DNA of 32,404 nucleotides from Verrucomicrobiota bacterium (GCA_039798785.1 JBDKFG010000059.1:1-32404); one strand, 5' to 3'; positions 1 to 9,128 are shown, numbered from the stretch's first letter. Translations and numbers: made by a program. The notes: generated from the letters alone by a model not told the origin.

Positions 1-234
1 AGCTCTCTTTCCATCGCACTCCTCACGCTCTCCCAAACTCCTCCCGGGCTTTCGCTCGGTCGCCACATCAGCGGCGGGTCCATAGAATATCGCCAGTCCC
101 CCAAGCGTCCAGGCCTCCCGAGTGGATTTTTGAAAGAATTTTGAAGATTGTCATGAAGGATTGCAGTGGCAAGGGGTGCGTGCCTGAGGTCTTCAATCGA
201 GTTCAAGCCAGCTCTTCAACGTTCTAAAACAGCG

Positions 235-882
235 TCACTTTTTCGGCTGGCTGTCGCGGAATTGACGTGGATTTTGCGGATTAGGCAAAGCCCAAAGCCC
301 TTTTTTGGCGACACGGGCTTCCTGCTCGAGTGCCTTCATCCGTGCAAACTCAGGGTCGCGCTTGTACGCGTAACTCCATGCATTGCCAAGCCGGACTTGC
401 TCCTCATTGAGATTGATCCCTTGATAATAGGCCACCCCTAGATCACGCTCGTATTGATCTTTGCTGACAAGAAGGACCTCAATTTGCTTGCCTTTGATCT
501 TGTCGAGCAAGGCCTGGCGCGAGATGTCTCCATGGGCTTGAAGCGGACGGAATTCGGGGGCGTCGATCCCCTTCAAACGCAGCTTGATGGTAGCGCCATC
601 TTCATCCTTGAGCCGCAAGGTGTCGCCATCCGCGACATCATAACAAAAGGCTTTGATGCGTCGCTGCCCCTCTTCACGGGGATTGGCTGATGAACTCTGA
701 GGCTCACGACTCGGCTTTGAGTCCGCAGTGGGACCAGAAGTTCTTTCTGCAGCATCGTCCTGCGGCCTTGCGGGCTTCACGCCGCGATCTTGGGAGACGA
801 GCTGGCCAATGCCGGCGCCGATGATGACGACAAGGACGATGACAGAACGCAACAAGAGAAGATTGCTTCGAGTCAGCTTCAT
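235..882 (-). CDS. Thermonuclease (SNase-like) family protein with N-terminal hydrophobic anchor
   Basis: Motifs DGDTL, RLKGIDAPE, D-x-Y-x-R-x-LG, LNEEQVRLGNA, EARVAKKGLW and PRQFR; hydrophobic N-terminus. ATG at 882 preferred over 912. Confidence 0.9.
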   Translation of the reverse strand: MKLTRSNLLLLRSVIVLVVIIGAGIGQLVSQDRGVKPARPQDDAAERTSGPTADSKPSREPQSSSANPREEGQRRIKAFCYDVADGDTLRLKDEDGATIKLRLKGIDAPEFRPLQAHGDISRQALLDKIKGKQIEVLLVSKDQYERDLGVAYYQGINLNEEQVRLGNAWSYAYKRDPEFARMKALEQEARVAKKGLWALPNPQNPRQFRDSQPKK

Positions 883-939
883 GAGAGATCCTGTGCGAGT
901 TGTGATTGGCATCCAAGGATACGCTGATCAACTTGGCGA

Positions 940-1365
940 TCAAGGCCGTGGCCCCGGCAAGCTTCTCCATTGCTTGATGAAGTGCACCACCTCTGAAGAG
1001 ACTTCGGAAGAATCGCCGATCCGTTTTGCCGCCCATCCACCTTTCAGCTCCTGTGCCCGCCAGTCCAACTCCCCCCAATCTCCTGCAGACAGCCAAGCGC
1101 CGCCACAGTCAGGACAGAACTCCATCTGAGCACCGTCCCATTCGAAACCTTTCATCTCGATGCGGCAATCTGGACAAGAGAATTCGGCTGAGTTCCGCCT
1201 TGATGCAAAAACAGGGAGTTCGCCAAGCTCCTGAAGCAAAATCCTCATGGTCTCTCCGGCGATCCACATGCCGCGGCAATGTTCACAGAAGGCTCCAGCT
1301 TCGCATTTATCCATCGCGCCAGGGCATCCCTGGGGGCAGATCAGATGGAGGTGCTGTCGTTTCAC
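940..1365 (-). CDS. Double zf-TFIIB-type zinc-ribbon protein
   Basis: Two ribbons: CPQGC...CEHCRGMW and CPDCRIEM...FCPDCGGAWLSAGD. Start overlaps the upstream stop (ATGA). Confidence 0.75.
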   Translation of the reverse strand: MKRQHLHLICPQGCPGAMDKCEAGAFCEHCRGMWIAGETMRILLQELGELPVFASRRNSAEFSCPDCRIEMKGFEWDGAQMEFCPDCGGAWLSAGDWGELDWRAQELKGGWAAKRIGDSSEVSSEVVHFIKQWRSLPGPRP

Positions 1366-1868
1366 TCTGCCAAGCCCGACAGCAAGCCTGCCAAGCCTTC
1401 GGCGACATCGGCGAGTTCGATGTTCTCACTGATCGACTTTCCGTGCTCGATGCCAAATTCAAGCACTTCGATGGCCACATCCAGAGCATGCTTGGCCAGC
1501 TCGGCTTTTTCCGGCGTCGAGGGATCCTCGACCACTTGCACCGCCGCTTCCGGCTGAGGCGGCCTGAGAAGCTCCAGTTCACCGCCATCGAGCCAAAGGC
1601 CGTCGCAGCAGGGACAATAATCAAGCTTAACGCTCTTCCAGGCAAACCGAAGCATCTCCTCCGCATCTTCCGGACAAAGCAGCGGCTCGGGATTGTCGAG
1701 GGCCAGCGACGCGACGCGCTGGGGATTGATCTTCATTCCCAACAGATGCTGCATTCGCTCCTGCGAGATCCACAGCCCGCGGCAGGCGCGGCAAAAGGGC
1801 GCGCCGGCCGAGCTTGCCAAGCTGCCGCATTCACGCGGACAGAACTGCACCGTTTCGCCGCTCATCAA
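1362..1868 (-). CDS. Double zf-TFIIB-type zinc-ribbon protein
   Basis: CPREC...CRACRGLW and CPED..M...LDYCPCCDGLWLDGGEL (typical zf-TFIIB ending); 4-bp overlaps with both neighbours. Confidence 0.8.
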   Translation of the reverse strand: MMSGETVQFCPRECGSLASSAGAPFCRACRGLWISQERMQHLLGMKINPQRVASLALDNPEPLLCPEDAEEMLRFAWKSVKLDYCPCCDGLWLDGGELELLRPPQPEAAVQVVEDPSTPEKAELAKHALDVAIEVLEFGIEHGKSISENIELADVAEGLAGLLSGLAE

Positions 1869-2635
1869 GGGACCGCGAAGACGCTGCAGCGGATGCGCTC
1901 GATCACCCGTTCGATCGTGCCGCCGAACCAGTTCGCCAGCAGAGCGCTGTGACCTTTGGTGCCGATGACGACGAGATCAGCCGACCAGGAGTTCGCTTCG
2001 CTGACGATCTCCTGGTGAACGACCCCGTGCCGGACATTCCGGGAATGCCTGACTTCAAGCAGATCGAAGCTGAAGTCATGCAGAAAGGTGTCGAAATCTG
2101 CGATCGATTCCTCTCCTTCCTTCATGACGTGCAGGATGCGCAGCTCGGCCTTGAAGGCAGCCGCCAATTTCAGCGCCGCCTTCAAGGTAGCGGTCGAATG
2201 AGGGGAGAAATCAATCGGGCATAGGATGCGCCTGATCTCCTTGGTCTCCGCCTCGATCACCCAGAGCGGCTGGCTGCAGGCGCGGGAGATGCGGCGGGCC
2301 ATGACGCCCAGAGTGTGATGCTCATCCCGGCCCGAACCGATGACGATGACCGAATCGGGGAGAACCGCGGCTGCCGCCAGAAGCACCGTGTGAGGCGCGC
2401 CGATCTGCAGATGCGGCTTCAAGCAGCGGCCATAGGCAGGCAGATGACGCAGATGACGCTCGATCCGCTCTCGCGTCTGCTCTTCGTAAGCGATCTGATG
2501 CAATTGCGGATGGCTGCAGGCGTGAAGAGGCAGGAGCTCTGCCCCCAGGCAATCAGCGGCTTTCAGCGACACCGAAAGGATTTGTTCCAGGTCCTGATTC
2601 ATATCGACACCGACGACGAGGCGCTTCATGGTCAT
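1865..2635 (-). CDS. Universal stress protein (two USP domains)
   Basis: RLVVGVD and RILCPIDFS domain starts; ADLVVIGTKGHS...GGTIERVIERIRCSVFAVP; AAGGAG upstream. Confidence 0.9.
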   Translation of the reverse strand: MTMKRLVVGVDMNQDLEQILSVSLKAADCLGAELLPLHACSHPQLHQIAYEEQTRERIERHLRHLPAYGRCLKPHLQIGAPHTVLLAAAAVLPDSVIVIGSGRDEHHTLGVMARRISRACSQPLWVIEAETKEIRRILCPIDFSPHSTATLKAALKLAAAFKAELRILHVMKEGEESIADFDTFLHDFSFDLLEVRHSRNVRHGVVHQEIVSEANSWSADLVVIGTKGHSALLANWFGGTIERVIERIRCSVFAVP

Positions 2636-2801
2636 GCTCCTTGAGCTTGGGGTTGAGAACCGGCTTCTCCTGCTTCAAGATAAACCCGCAAGCACGAGAA
2701 TGCCAAGAAATTCTTTCCTCCCCATTCCTACCAAGCTCCGCAGACAAAAGCAGCGTCAAAAATCAACGGCCTGTCCCAGTCGAATTTCAGGATCACAGCT
2801 T

Positions 2802-2841
2802 AGGGAGTCAGGGAGTGCCTTGACTCCCCACCCTCTGACTC
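2802..2841. repeat. Short inverted repeat GGGAGTCA...TGACTCCC with GANTC cluster
   Basis: Arms 2803-2810 and 2821-2828; GANTC at 2805, 2822 and 2837; resembles 28567-28622. Confidence 0.6.
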
Positions 2842-2918
2842 TGCAAAGCAGCTTGAATGCATTTCAATCCAAGCTCAATTCGGTGTGATACACGTCGAAA
2901 ATCCCCCCAGGAGGCAGC

Positions 2919-3530
2919 ATGACCAACGACCAGGAAGGCCCTCTCCGCCTCGAATTCCTGCGCGGCAGCGAAGTTCTGCCCCGTTTGCAGGAGCTCGCAG
3001 CGCTACGCATCGAGATCTTCCGTGAATGGCCCTATCTCTATGCAGGGAATGAAGAAGCTGAATCCCAGTATCTGCGTTTCTACGCCGAATGCCCCGACAG
3101 CCTGGTCTTGCTGGTCTGGGATGGCGGCCGCTGCGTCGGCGCCAGCACAAGCCTGCCCCTGGCCGCGGCTCATGACGACATCCGCCGCCCCTGGCTCGCC
3201 AGCGGCGAGGAAATCTCCAGGCTCAGCTACATCGGCGAAGTGATTCTTCGCCCCGCCTACCGCGGCCGCGGTCTCGGCGTGCGTTTTTTTCACGAGCATG
3301 AAAACCACGCCCGGAAGACCGGTCTCCTGGAGTGCTGCTTTTGCACCGTCGAGCGCGACGCCGACGATCGACGAAAGCCTGCCGACGCCGTCGATCTCCG
3401 CGGCTTCTGGGAGCGGCGGCGCTACCGCCTTCTCGCAGGCGTCACCTGCCAGCTGTCTTGGCTCGACTCTGGTGATTCCGCCCCGACGCCCAAGCTGATG
3501 CAGTTCTGGATTCGCCGGCTCGGGGATTGA
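2919..3530 (+). CDS. GNAT family N-acetyltransferase
   Basis: LRIEIFREWPYLY, YIGEVILRPAYRGRGLG (acetyl-CoA motif A), FWERRRY; AGGAGG RBS. Confidence 0.88.
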   Translation: MTNDQEGPLRLEFLRGSEVLPRLQELAALRIEIFREWPYLYAGNEEAESQYLRFYAECPDSLVLLVWDGGRCVGASTSLPLAAAHDDIRRPWLASGEEISRLSYIGEVILRPAYRGRGLGVRFFHEHENHARKTGLLECCFCTVERDADDRRKPADAVDLRGFWERRRYRLLAGVTCQLSWLDSGDSAPTPKLMQFWIRRLGD

Positions 3531-3634
3531 ATGCGCCTGCAGACTGTGTCCCGGCCGTCATAATTTGTCGGCGAACCCGAGCGAGGCGCGGCAGAGATGG
3601 CAATGTAGAAGGATGAATCAAAGGGAGATTTTTC

Positions 3635-4780
3635 ATGACTTCGAAGGGCAAGCAGCTGCGCGAAGCGCTGCTGAAAGATGCAGAGCGGGTGGTTCTCAAG
3701 GTCGGCAGCCGCCTCCTGGTGGACAATTCCGGCCGTCCCGATCCCGAGCGCATTTCGCAACTGGTCGAAGAGATCACCCATCTCCGCAATCAAGGCCGTC
3801 AGGTCATTCTGGTCACCTCCGGCGCCATCGCCGCCGGCATGGCCGCCCTGAACATGAGCAAGCGTCCGAAGGAGCTTCCCGAGCTGCAGATGTGCGCCGC
3901 CGTCGGCCAAGGTCTCTTGATGGGCATGTACGAGCGCGAGTGCGTCGCCCGCGGCTTCCACTGCGGCCAGCTCCTCCTCACCGCTGAAGATGTCAAGCAT
4001 CGCCGCCGCCATCTCAATCTCAGCCACTGCCTCGAAACCATGCTCCGCGCCGGCGTTCTTCCGGTGATCAACGAAAACGACTCGATCACAGTCAAGGAAA
4101 TCCGCTTCGGCGAGAATGACGGCCTGGCCGCACTGGTCGGCATCCTCGCCCGCGCCCCGCTCACCGTCCTTCTCACCAGCATCGACGGCATGTGCGAGCT
4201 ACTCCCCGACGGCTCCTTCGGCGATCGGATCAGCGTCGTCCCCGAAGTCAGCCCGGAAGTCCTGGCCATGGCCGGCGGCACCGACGGCAACCAGCTCAGC
4301 ACCGGCGGCATGATCTCGAAGCTGCGAGCCGCCGAACGCTGCCAGACCGTCGGTGAAAGCCTGTGGATCGCCGACGGCCGCGACTTCACTCATCTCCGCC
4401 GCGTCTTCGCCGGCGAAGACGTCGGCACCCTCTTCCCCGGGTCGGCCGAGAAGATGAGCGCCCACAAGCGCTGGCTCGCCTTCTTCCCGGAAGTCGCCGG
4501 CACGGTGATCATCGACGACGGCGCCTTCAGGGCCGTCACCCAGCAGGGCCGCAGCCTCCTTCCCGGAGGCATCCGTTCGCTCCGCGGCGAATTCAGCAAG
4601 GGCGACGTCGTCGAAATCTCCGGTCCTGACGGACGCGTCTTCGCCCGCGGCATTGCCAACTACTCGCGCGGCGAACTCGACCGCATACGCGGCGCCCGCA
4701 GCGCCGAGATCCCCGCTCTTCTCGGCGCCCAGGACTACTACGAGGAAGCCATCCATCGCGACAATCTGGTGCTGCTCTAA
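3635..4780 (+). CDS. proB: Glutamate 5-kinase with PUA domain
   Basis: VVLKVGS, VTSGAIAAG, AAVGQGLL, PVINEND, TGGMISKL, PUA region SLLPGGI...HRDNLV. Confidence 0.97.
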   Translation: MTSKGKQLREALLKDAERVVLKVGSRLLVDNSGRPDPERISQLVEEITHLRNQGRQVILVTSGAIAAGMAALNMSKRPKELPELQMCAAVGQGLLMGMYERECVARGFHCGQLLLTAEDVKHRRRHLNLSHCLETMLRAGVLPVINENDSITVKEIRFGENDGLAALVGILARAPLTVLLTSIDGMCELLPDGSFGDRISVVPEVSPEVLAMAGGTDGNQLSTGGMISKLRAAERCQTVGESLWIADGRDFTHLRRVFAGEDVGTLFPGSAEKMSAHKRWLAFFPEVAGTVIIDDGAFRAVTQQGRSLLPGGIRSLRGEFSKGDVVEISGPDGRVFARGIANYSRGELDRIRGARSAEIPALLGAQDYYEEAIHRDNLVLL

Positions 4781-4854
4781 GCCCGATTTCGCACCGGCGT
4801 TCATCCCTTCAGTGAAGGTCCGAGGATGCGACACGAGTAAAACAAGGAAACGCT

Positions 4855-4927
4855 GAATCGAATCCCCGAATCAAAAATGACCCCAACGAATCCGACTCAG
4901 CGATCTGACATGAGCGATGGATTCGGG
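4855..4927. repeat. GANTC cluster with inverted repeat between convergent proB and fabG
   Basis: GANTC at 4855, 4860, 4868, 4888, 4894 and 4920; CCCGAATC (4865-4872) is complementary to GATTCGGG (4920-4927). Confidence 0.65.
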
Positions 4928-4935
4928 AGGGGGCC

Positions 4936-5679
4936 TTACTGCATCACCATGCCGCCGTCGACATTGAGGGTCTGGCCGGTGATGTAGGCCGACTCGTCGG
5001 AGGCGAGGAAGACCACGGCGGAGGCGATTTCGTCGCCGGTGCCGAAGCGGTTGAGGGGGATGGCGCTGAGGTAAGACTTCTTGGCGTCTTCGGAGATCAC
5101 TTCGGTCATGTCCGAGGCGATGAAGCCGGGGGCAATGGCGTTGACGGTGATGCCGCGCGAAGCGAGTTCCTTGGCGGCGGCCTTGGTCATCCCGAGCATG
5201 CCGGCCTTCGAGGCGGCGTAGTTGACCTGGCCGGCGTTGCCCATCAGGCCGACGACCGAGGAGATGTTGATGATCCGGCCGGAGCGCTGGCCCATCATCG
5301 GGCGGGTGACCGCTTTCAGGCAGTTGAAGGCGCCCTTGAGGTTGGTGTCGATGACGCTGTCCCAGTCTTCTTCCTTCATCCGCATCATCAAGGTGTCCTT
5401 GGTGATGCCGGCGTTGTTGACCAGGACATGGACGGCGCCGAGATCGGCGATGACTTGCTTGACCATGGCTTCGCAGGCGGCGGCCTGGGCGACGTCGAGG
5501 ACATAGCCTTTGGCGTTGGTGGCGCTGTCGCCGAGGGCGGCGATGGCCTTGTCGAGGGATTCCTGGCGGGTGCCGGTGAAGGCGACTTTTGCGCCTTCCG
5601 CGAGGAGGCGGCGGACGAGGGCGAGGCCGATGCCGCGGGAACCGCCGGTGACGATGACGACTTTGTCTTTGAGACGCAT
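4936..5679 (-). CDS. fabG: 3-oxoacyl-ACP reductase
   Basis: TGGSRGIG, NNAGITKD, NISSVVG, NYAASKAG, GQTLNVDGG; start MRLKDK with AGGAG upstream. Confidence 0.97.
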   Translation of the reverse strand: MRLKDKVVIVTGGSRGIGLALVRRLLAEGAKVAFTGTRQESLDKAIAALGDSATNAKGYVLDVAQAAACEAMVKQVIADLGAVHVLVNNAGITKDTLMMRMKEEDWDSVIDTNLKGAFNCLKAVTRPMMGQRSGRIINISSVVGLMGNAGQVNYAASKAGMLGMTKAAAKELASRGITVNAIAPGFIASDMTEVISEDAKKSYLSAIPLNRFGTGDEIASAVVFLASDESAYITGQTLNVDGGMVMQ

Positions 5680-5695
5680 GGGGGGACTCCTTTGG

Positions 5696-5866
5696 AAATT
5701 CAAGATTCAAGATTCAAGATTCAAAACTGCCGATTCAAAACTGCCGATTCAAGATTCAAGATTCAAAATCAGCAGTGAGATGGGGAAAGGCATTGGTTCA
5801 ATCTTCAATTTTGAATCTTGAATCGCCTTCTTCGCTCTCTTGAATTTTGAATCTGGAATTTTGAAT
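5696..5866. repeat. Heptamer (AGATTCA/TTCAAGA) tandem repeats in two oppositely oriented blocks
   Basis: GATTC in 7-bp phase at 5704, 5711, 5718, 5732, 5746, 5753 and 5760; reverse-orientation TTGAATY units between 5811 and 5867. Confidence 0.9.
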
Positions 5867-6855
5867 TAGTAACGAACGACCGAGGCGCCGTAGGTGAAGC
5901 CGCCGCCGAAGCCGACGAAGAGGATTTTGTCACCGCGCTTGACCCGGCCGCTGCGGACCGCTTCGTCGAAGGCGATGGGGATGGAGGCGGCGGAGGTGTT
6001 GCCGTAGCGGTCGAGGTTGACGTAGACGCGGTCGCGGGGGGTGGAGACGCGTTCGGCGATCGCCTCGATGATCCGGAGGTTGGCCTGGTGGGGGATGAGC
6101 AGGTCGAGATCGGTGCCGGCGAGGCCAGCCTTGGCGAGGGCGCGTTCGGCGGCGGAGACCATGCTGCGGACGGCGACATTGAAGACCTGCTTGCCTTCCA
6201 TGACGAGGTAGCGGCGGGGGTCGTTGGCGTTCTCCGCGGTGAGGGGCTGGGCGCAGCCGCCGATCGGGGTGTGCAGGAGATCGTGGAAGTTGCCGTCGGA
6301 GCCGAGGGAGGAGCCGAGGTAGGCATTGTCGGCATCCGGGCAGGCTTCGAGGCAGACAGCGCCGGCGCCGTCACCGAAGAGGACGCAGGTATTGCGGTCG
6401 GACCAGTTGACGATCGAGGAGAGTTTTTCGGCGCCGATGACGAGGGCGCGTTGGACCAGGCCGGAGCGGATCATCCCGGCGGCGACTTCGAGGCCGTAGA
6501 CGAAACCGGTGCAGGCGGCTTCGAGGGAGAAACAGGCGGCGCCGCTGGCGCCGATGCGGGCCTGGACCAGCGAGGCGGTGTTGGGGAAGGGTTTGTCGGG
6601 GGTCAGGGTGGCGACGATGATCAGGTTGAGCGAGGCGGCTTCCCAGCCGGCGCTTTCGAGGGCGCGGCGGGCGGCTTCGGCGGCCATGAAGGAGGTGGTC
6701 TCCTCCGGGCCGGCGATGTGGCGCTCGCGAATGCCGGTGCGGGTGACGATCCACTCGTCGGTGGTGTCGACGATCTTCGACAGGTCGTCATTGGTCAGGA
6801 TCTTGGCCGGGGCGAAAGAGCCGGTGCCGGCGAAGCGGAGGCCTTGGAGAGTCAT
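5866..6855 (-). CDS. fabH: 3-oxoacyl-ACP synthase III
   Basis: WIVTRTGIRER, AACTGF (catalytic Cys), FGDGAGA, PHQAN, YGNTSAASIP, GFGGGFTYG. Confidence 0.97.
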   Translation of the reverse strand: MTLQGLRFAGTGSFAPAKILTNDDLSKIVDTTDEWIVTRTGIRERHIAGPEETTSFMAAEAARRALESAGWEAASLNLIIVATLTPDKPFPNTASLVQARIGASGAACFSLEAACTGFVYGLEVAAGMIRSGLVQRALVIGAEKLSSIVNWSDRNTCVLFGDGAGAVCLEACPDADNAYLGSSLGSDGNFHDLLHTPIGGCAQPLTAENANDPRRYLVMEGKQVFNVAVRSMVSAAERALAKAGLAGTDLDLLIPHQANLRIIEAIAERVSTPRDRVYVNLDRYGNTSAASIPIAFDEAVRSGRVKRGDKILFVGFGGGFTYGASVVRY

Positions 6856-7862
6856 GGCTTGGGAAGTTCCTTCATGCGGTCGATGATGGCGTCGTTGACC
6901 TTGTGTTCGACGAACTCGCCGGCGACGCGGATGGCGTTTTTGAGGGCGTGAGCGTTGGAGGATCCATGAGCCTTGATGAAGACGCCGTTGACACCGAGGA
7001 AGGGGGCGCCGCCGTATTCGGTGTAGTCGCTGATCTTCTTGAGTTCAGCGAAGGCGTTTTTGGCGAGGAAGGCGCCGACCATGCGCTTGGGGTTTTTCTT
7101 GAGATTGGCCTTGAGGATGCCGCCCATCATCTTGGCGATCGATTCGCAGGACTTCAAGACGATGTTGCCGACGAAGCCGTCGCAGACGACGACGTCGACG
7201 CTGGCGTCGAAGAGGTCGCGTCCCTCGACGTTGCCGAGGTAGTTCTTGAAGCCGGCTTTTTTCAGCAGCTCATGGCTCTTCTTGGTGAGCTCGTTGCCCT
7301 TGCCTTCCTCGGTGCCGTTGGAGAGGAGGCCGATGCGCGGCTCGGCGATGCCGAGGATGCGGCGGGCATAGATTTCGCCCATGACGGCGAAGCCGAGCAG
7401 ATGCTCGGGGGTGCAGTCGACCGTGGCGCCTGCGTCGAGCAGGACGAAGCGGCCGGTACCGTTGGGGAAGGGAGTGGCAATGCCGGGGCGGTCGATGCCC
7501 GGCAGGGTGCGCCAGTTGAAGACGCTGGCGGCGACGGAGGCGCCGGTATTGCCGGCGGAGACGACCGCCTGGCACTTGCCTTCCTTGGCCAGCCGCATGC
7601 AGACGGCGATGGACGAATCCTTCTTGCCTCGGATCGCCTCGGCCGGCTTGTCGCTCATCTCCACCACCTGCGAGGCGTGGATCAGTTCGAGGCGGCTGTC
7701 GGAAGCGATTCCGTGCTGCAAAAGAAGAGGGCGAACCCGTTCTTCCTGGCCGACGAGAAGGATCTTGCCGATCTGCGGGTATTCCCGCAGAGCCTTCAAG
7801 ACACCTTCCACGACAGCGGCAGGAGCGTGGTCGCCCCCCATGGCGTCGACGGCAATGATCAT
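6852..7862 (-). CDS. plsX: Phosphate acyltransferase
   Basis: MIIAVDAMGGDHAP, SAGNTGA, LDAGA, NGTEEGKG, VCDGFVGN, KAHGSS. Confidence 0.97.
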   Translation of the reverse strand: MIIAVDAMGGDHAPAAVVEGVLKALREYPQIGKILLVGQEERVRPLLLQHGIASDSRLELIHASQVVEMSDKPAEAIRGKKDSSIAVCMRLAKEGKCQAVVSAGNTGASVAASVFNWRTLPGIDRPGIATPFPNGTGRFVLLDAGATVDCTPEHLLGFAVMGEIYARRILGIAEPRIGLLSNGTEEGKGNELTKKSHELLKKAGFKNYLGNVEGRDLFDASVDVVVCDGFVGNIVLKSCESIAKMMGGILKANLKKNPKRMVGAFLAKNAFAELKKISDYTEYGGAPFLGVNGVFIKAHGSSNAHALKNAIRVAGEFVEHKVNDAIIDRMKELPKP

Positions 7863-7867
7863 GTCGA

Positions 7868-8050
7868 TCAGTTGACTTCGATGACCTTGCGGCCTTCTTT
7901 GCCGTAGGTGCCGCAGGAAAGGCAGGCACGGTGCGGGAGACGGGGAGCGCCGCACTTGACGCAACCCTGGGTGTCGATGCCGCCCCAGGCGTTGGCAGCC
8001 TTGCGACGACGGGTCTTCATTTTGGAGAGTCTTCTCTTCGGTACGCCCAT
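7868..8050 (-). CDS. rpmF: 50S ribosomal protein L32 (Zn-binding type)
   Basis: MGVPKRRLSK...CVKCG...PHRACLSCGTY; between yceD and plsX. Confidence 0.96.
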   Translation of the reverse strand: MGVPKRRLSKMKTRRRKAANAWGGIDTQGCVKCGAPRLPHRACLSCGTYGKEGRKVIEVN

Positions 8051-8060
8051 TGTAGTGTCC

Positions 8061-8564
8061 TCAGTTCTTCTTCTTGCTTCGTTTCTTCGGTTCAGCGATC
8101 TTCAGTCCCTCAAGAGCTGCGGCGAGCGGCCCTGACTGGATCGGACTGTGGCAATCACAGGCCCCTTCATTCAGGTTGCGGCCGCAAGTCAGGCAGAGAC
8201 CCTTGCAGCCGGGGGCGCAAAGGTAGAGACGCGGAAAGTTGATCAAGATATCCTCGCGGACCCACTCCGTCAAGTCGAGGACGTCGGGGGCTTTGTCGAC
8301 AACCGCGACAATGTCTTCCGCAAAGATGTCCTGGGTGAATTCCGTCAGGCAGCGGTCGCACTGGCATTTCAGGCGGACGCCGGCCTCGCCGCGGGCGATC
8401 ACGTCGTCACCAAGCTTGGTGACGACGAGATCGACTTGGGCAGGGGAGACTTCCAGCAGGCGGCCATCATGGGGCAGACCGAGAATGTCCTCTTCGGTCC
8501 GGCCGCAGATGCGGAGGCCGGACTCGGAGATCTTGGCGATATGGACTTCGAGGAGCTTTTCCAT
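8061..8564 (-). CDS. yceD: YceD/DUF177 family protein
   Basis: CDRCL, LDLTEWVREDILIN, LCAPGCKGLCLTCGRNLNEGACDC; conserved position upstream of rpmF. Confidence 0.92.
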   Translation of the reverse strand: MEKLLEVHIAKISESGLRICGRTEEDILGLPHDGRLLEVSPAQVDLVVTKLGDDVIARGEAGVRLKCQCDRCLTEFTQDIFAEDIVAVVDKAPDVLDLTEWVREDILINFPRLYLCAPGCKGLCLTCGRNLNEGACDCHSPIQSGPLAAALEGLKIAEPKKRSKKKN

Positions 8565-8673
8565 GGTGGCGTCTTCGTCAACTGGCTGATTATGGAGGGG
8601 GCGCGAAAAGTAAACTCATCCGCTAGGAGAGCAAGCGCTTAGTGAAAGAATTTCGCCCTTCTCTCGATCGGCC

Positions 8674-8710
8674 TTGACAAGATCTCGATACGCATATATT
8701 TTTAAGCGTA
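8674..8710 (+). promoter_or_regulatory. sigma70-type promoter of umuDC overlapped by palindrome TACGC-N12-GCGTA
   Basis: TTGACA 8674-8679, 17-bp spacer, TATTTT 8697-8702; palindrome arms 8689-8693 and 8706-8710; AAGGAGG at 8731. Confidence 0.7.
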
Positions 8711-8744
8711 AATCAAGATGCCTTAATTTTAAGGAGGTCGTTTT

Positions 8745-9128
8745 ATGATACCGATGGCCAGTGCGGACATCCAGGCCGGCTTCCCCTCCCCGGCAGAAGA
8801 CTTTCTCGATCGGCCCTTGGATTTGGAGGCTTGGCTCAACCCGCAACCGGCGAGCAGCTTTCTCCTCCGGGTCCGCGGAGAGTCGATGCTCCGCGCCGGA
8901 ATTCTGCCGGGAGACCTCATCCTGGTCGATCGCGGCCTTGAAGCACAGGAGAGAGACATCGTCGTGGCCGTCCTGGAAGGAGGTTTCACGGTCAAGCGAT
9001 TCCGCCGCGACCGCGCGGGCCGACCTTGGCTGCTCGCCGAAGGATCGGTGCCTCTGCCACCTTTTCCACTCGACGATCATTCCCTGATCTGGGGCGTGGT
9101 CCGAGCGGTGGCGAGGAAGACTAGGTGA
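8745..9128 (+). CDS. umuD: DNA polymerase V autoproteolytic subunit (S24 peptidase)
   Basis: AGFPSPAED cleavage region, RVRGESM (Ser), FTVKR (Lys). Confidence 0.93.
   Translation: MIPMASADIQAGFPSPAEDFLDRPLDLEAWLNPQPASSFLLRVRGESMLRAGILPGDLILVDRGLEAQERDIVVAVLEGGFTVKRFRRDRAGRPWLLAEGSVPLPPFPLDDHSLIWGVVRAVARKTR

Noticed and set aside
1..14. Possible gene start (ATGGAAAGAGAG, minus strand, GAGGAG upstream)
   Set aside because: Only four codons are inside the window; cannot be supported or named.
15..120. Hammerhead or fluoride-riboswitch-like words (CTGATG...CGAAA; GGCGAT) on the minus strand
   Set aside because: Core consensus not met (CTGATGT rather than CTGANGA) and supporting stems not found.
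5696..5866. Possible CRISPR array
   Set aside because: 7-bp tandem units without unique spacers; no cas genes.
8745..9128. lexA
   Set aside because: No N-terminal HTH domain; short S24 protein directly upstream of umuC, so umuD.
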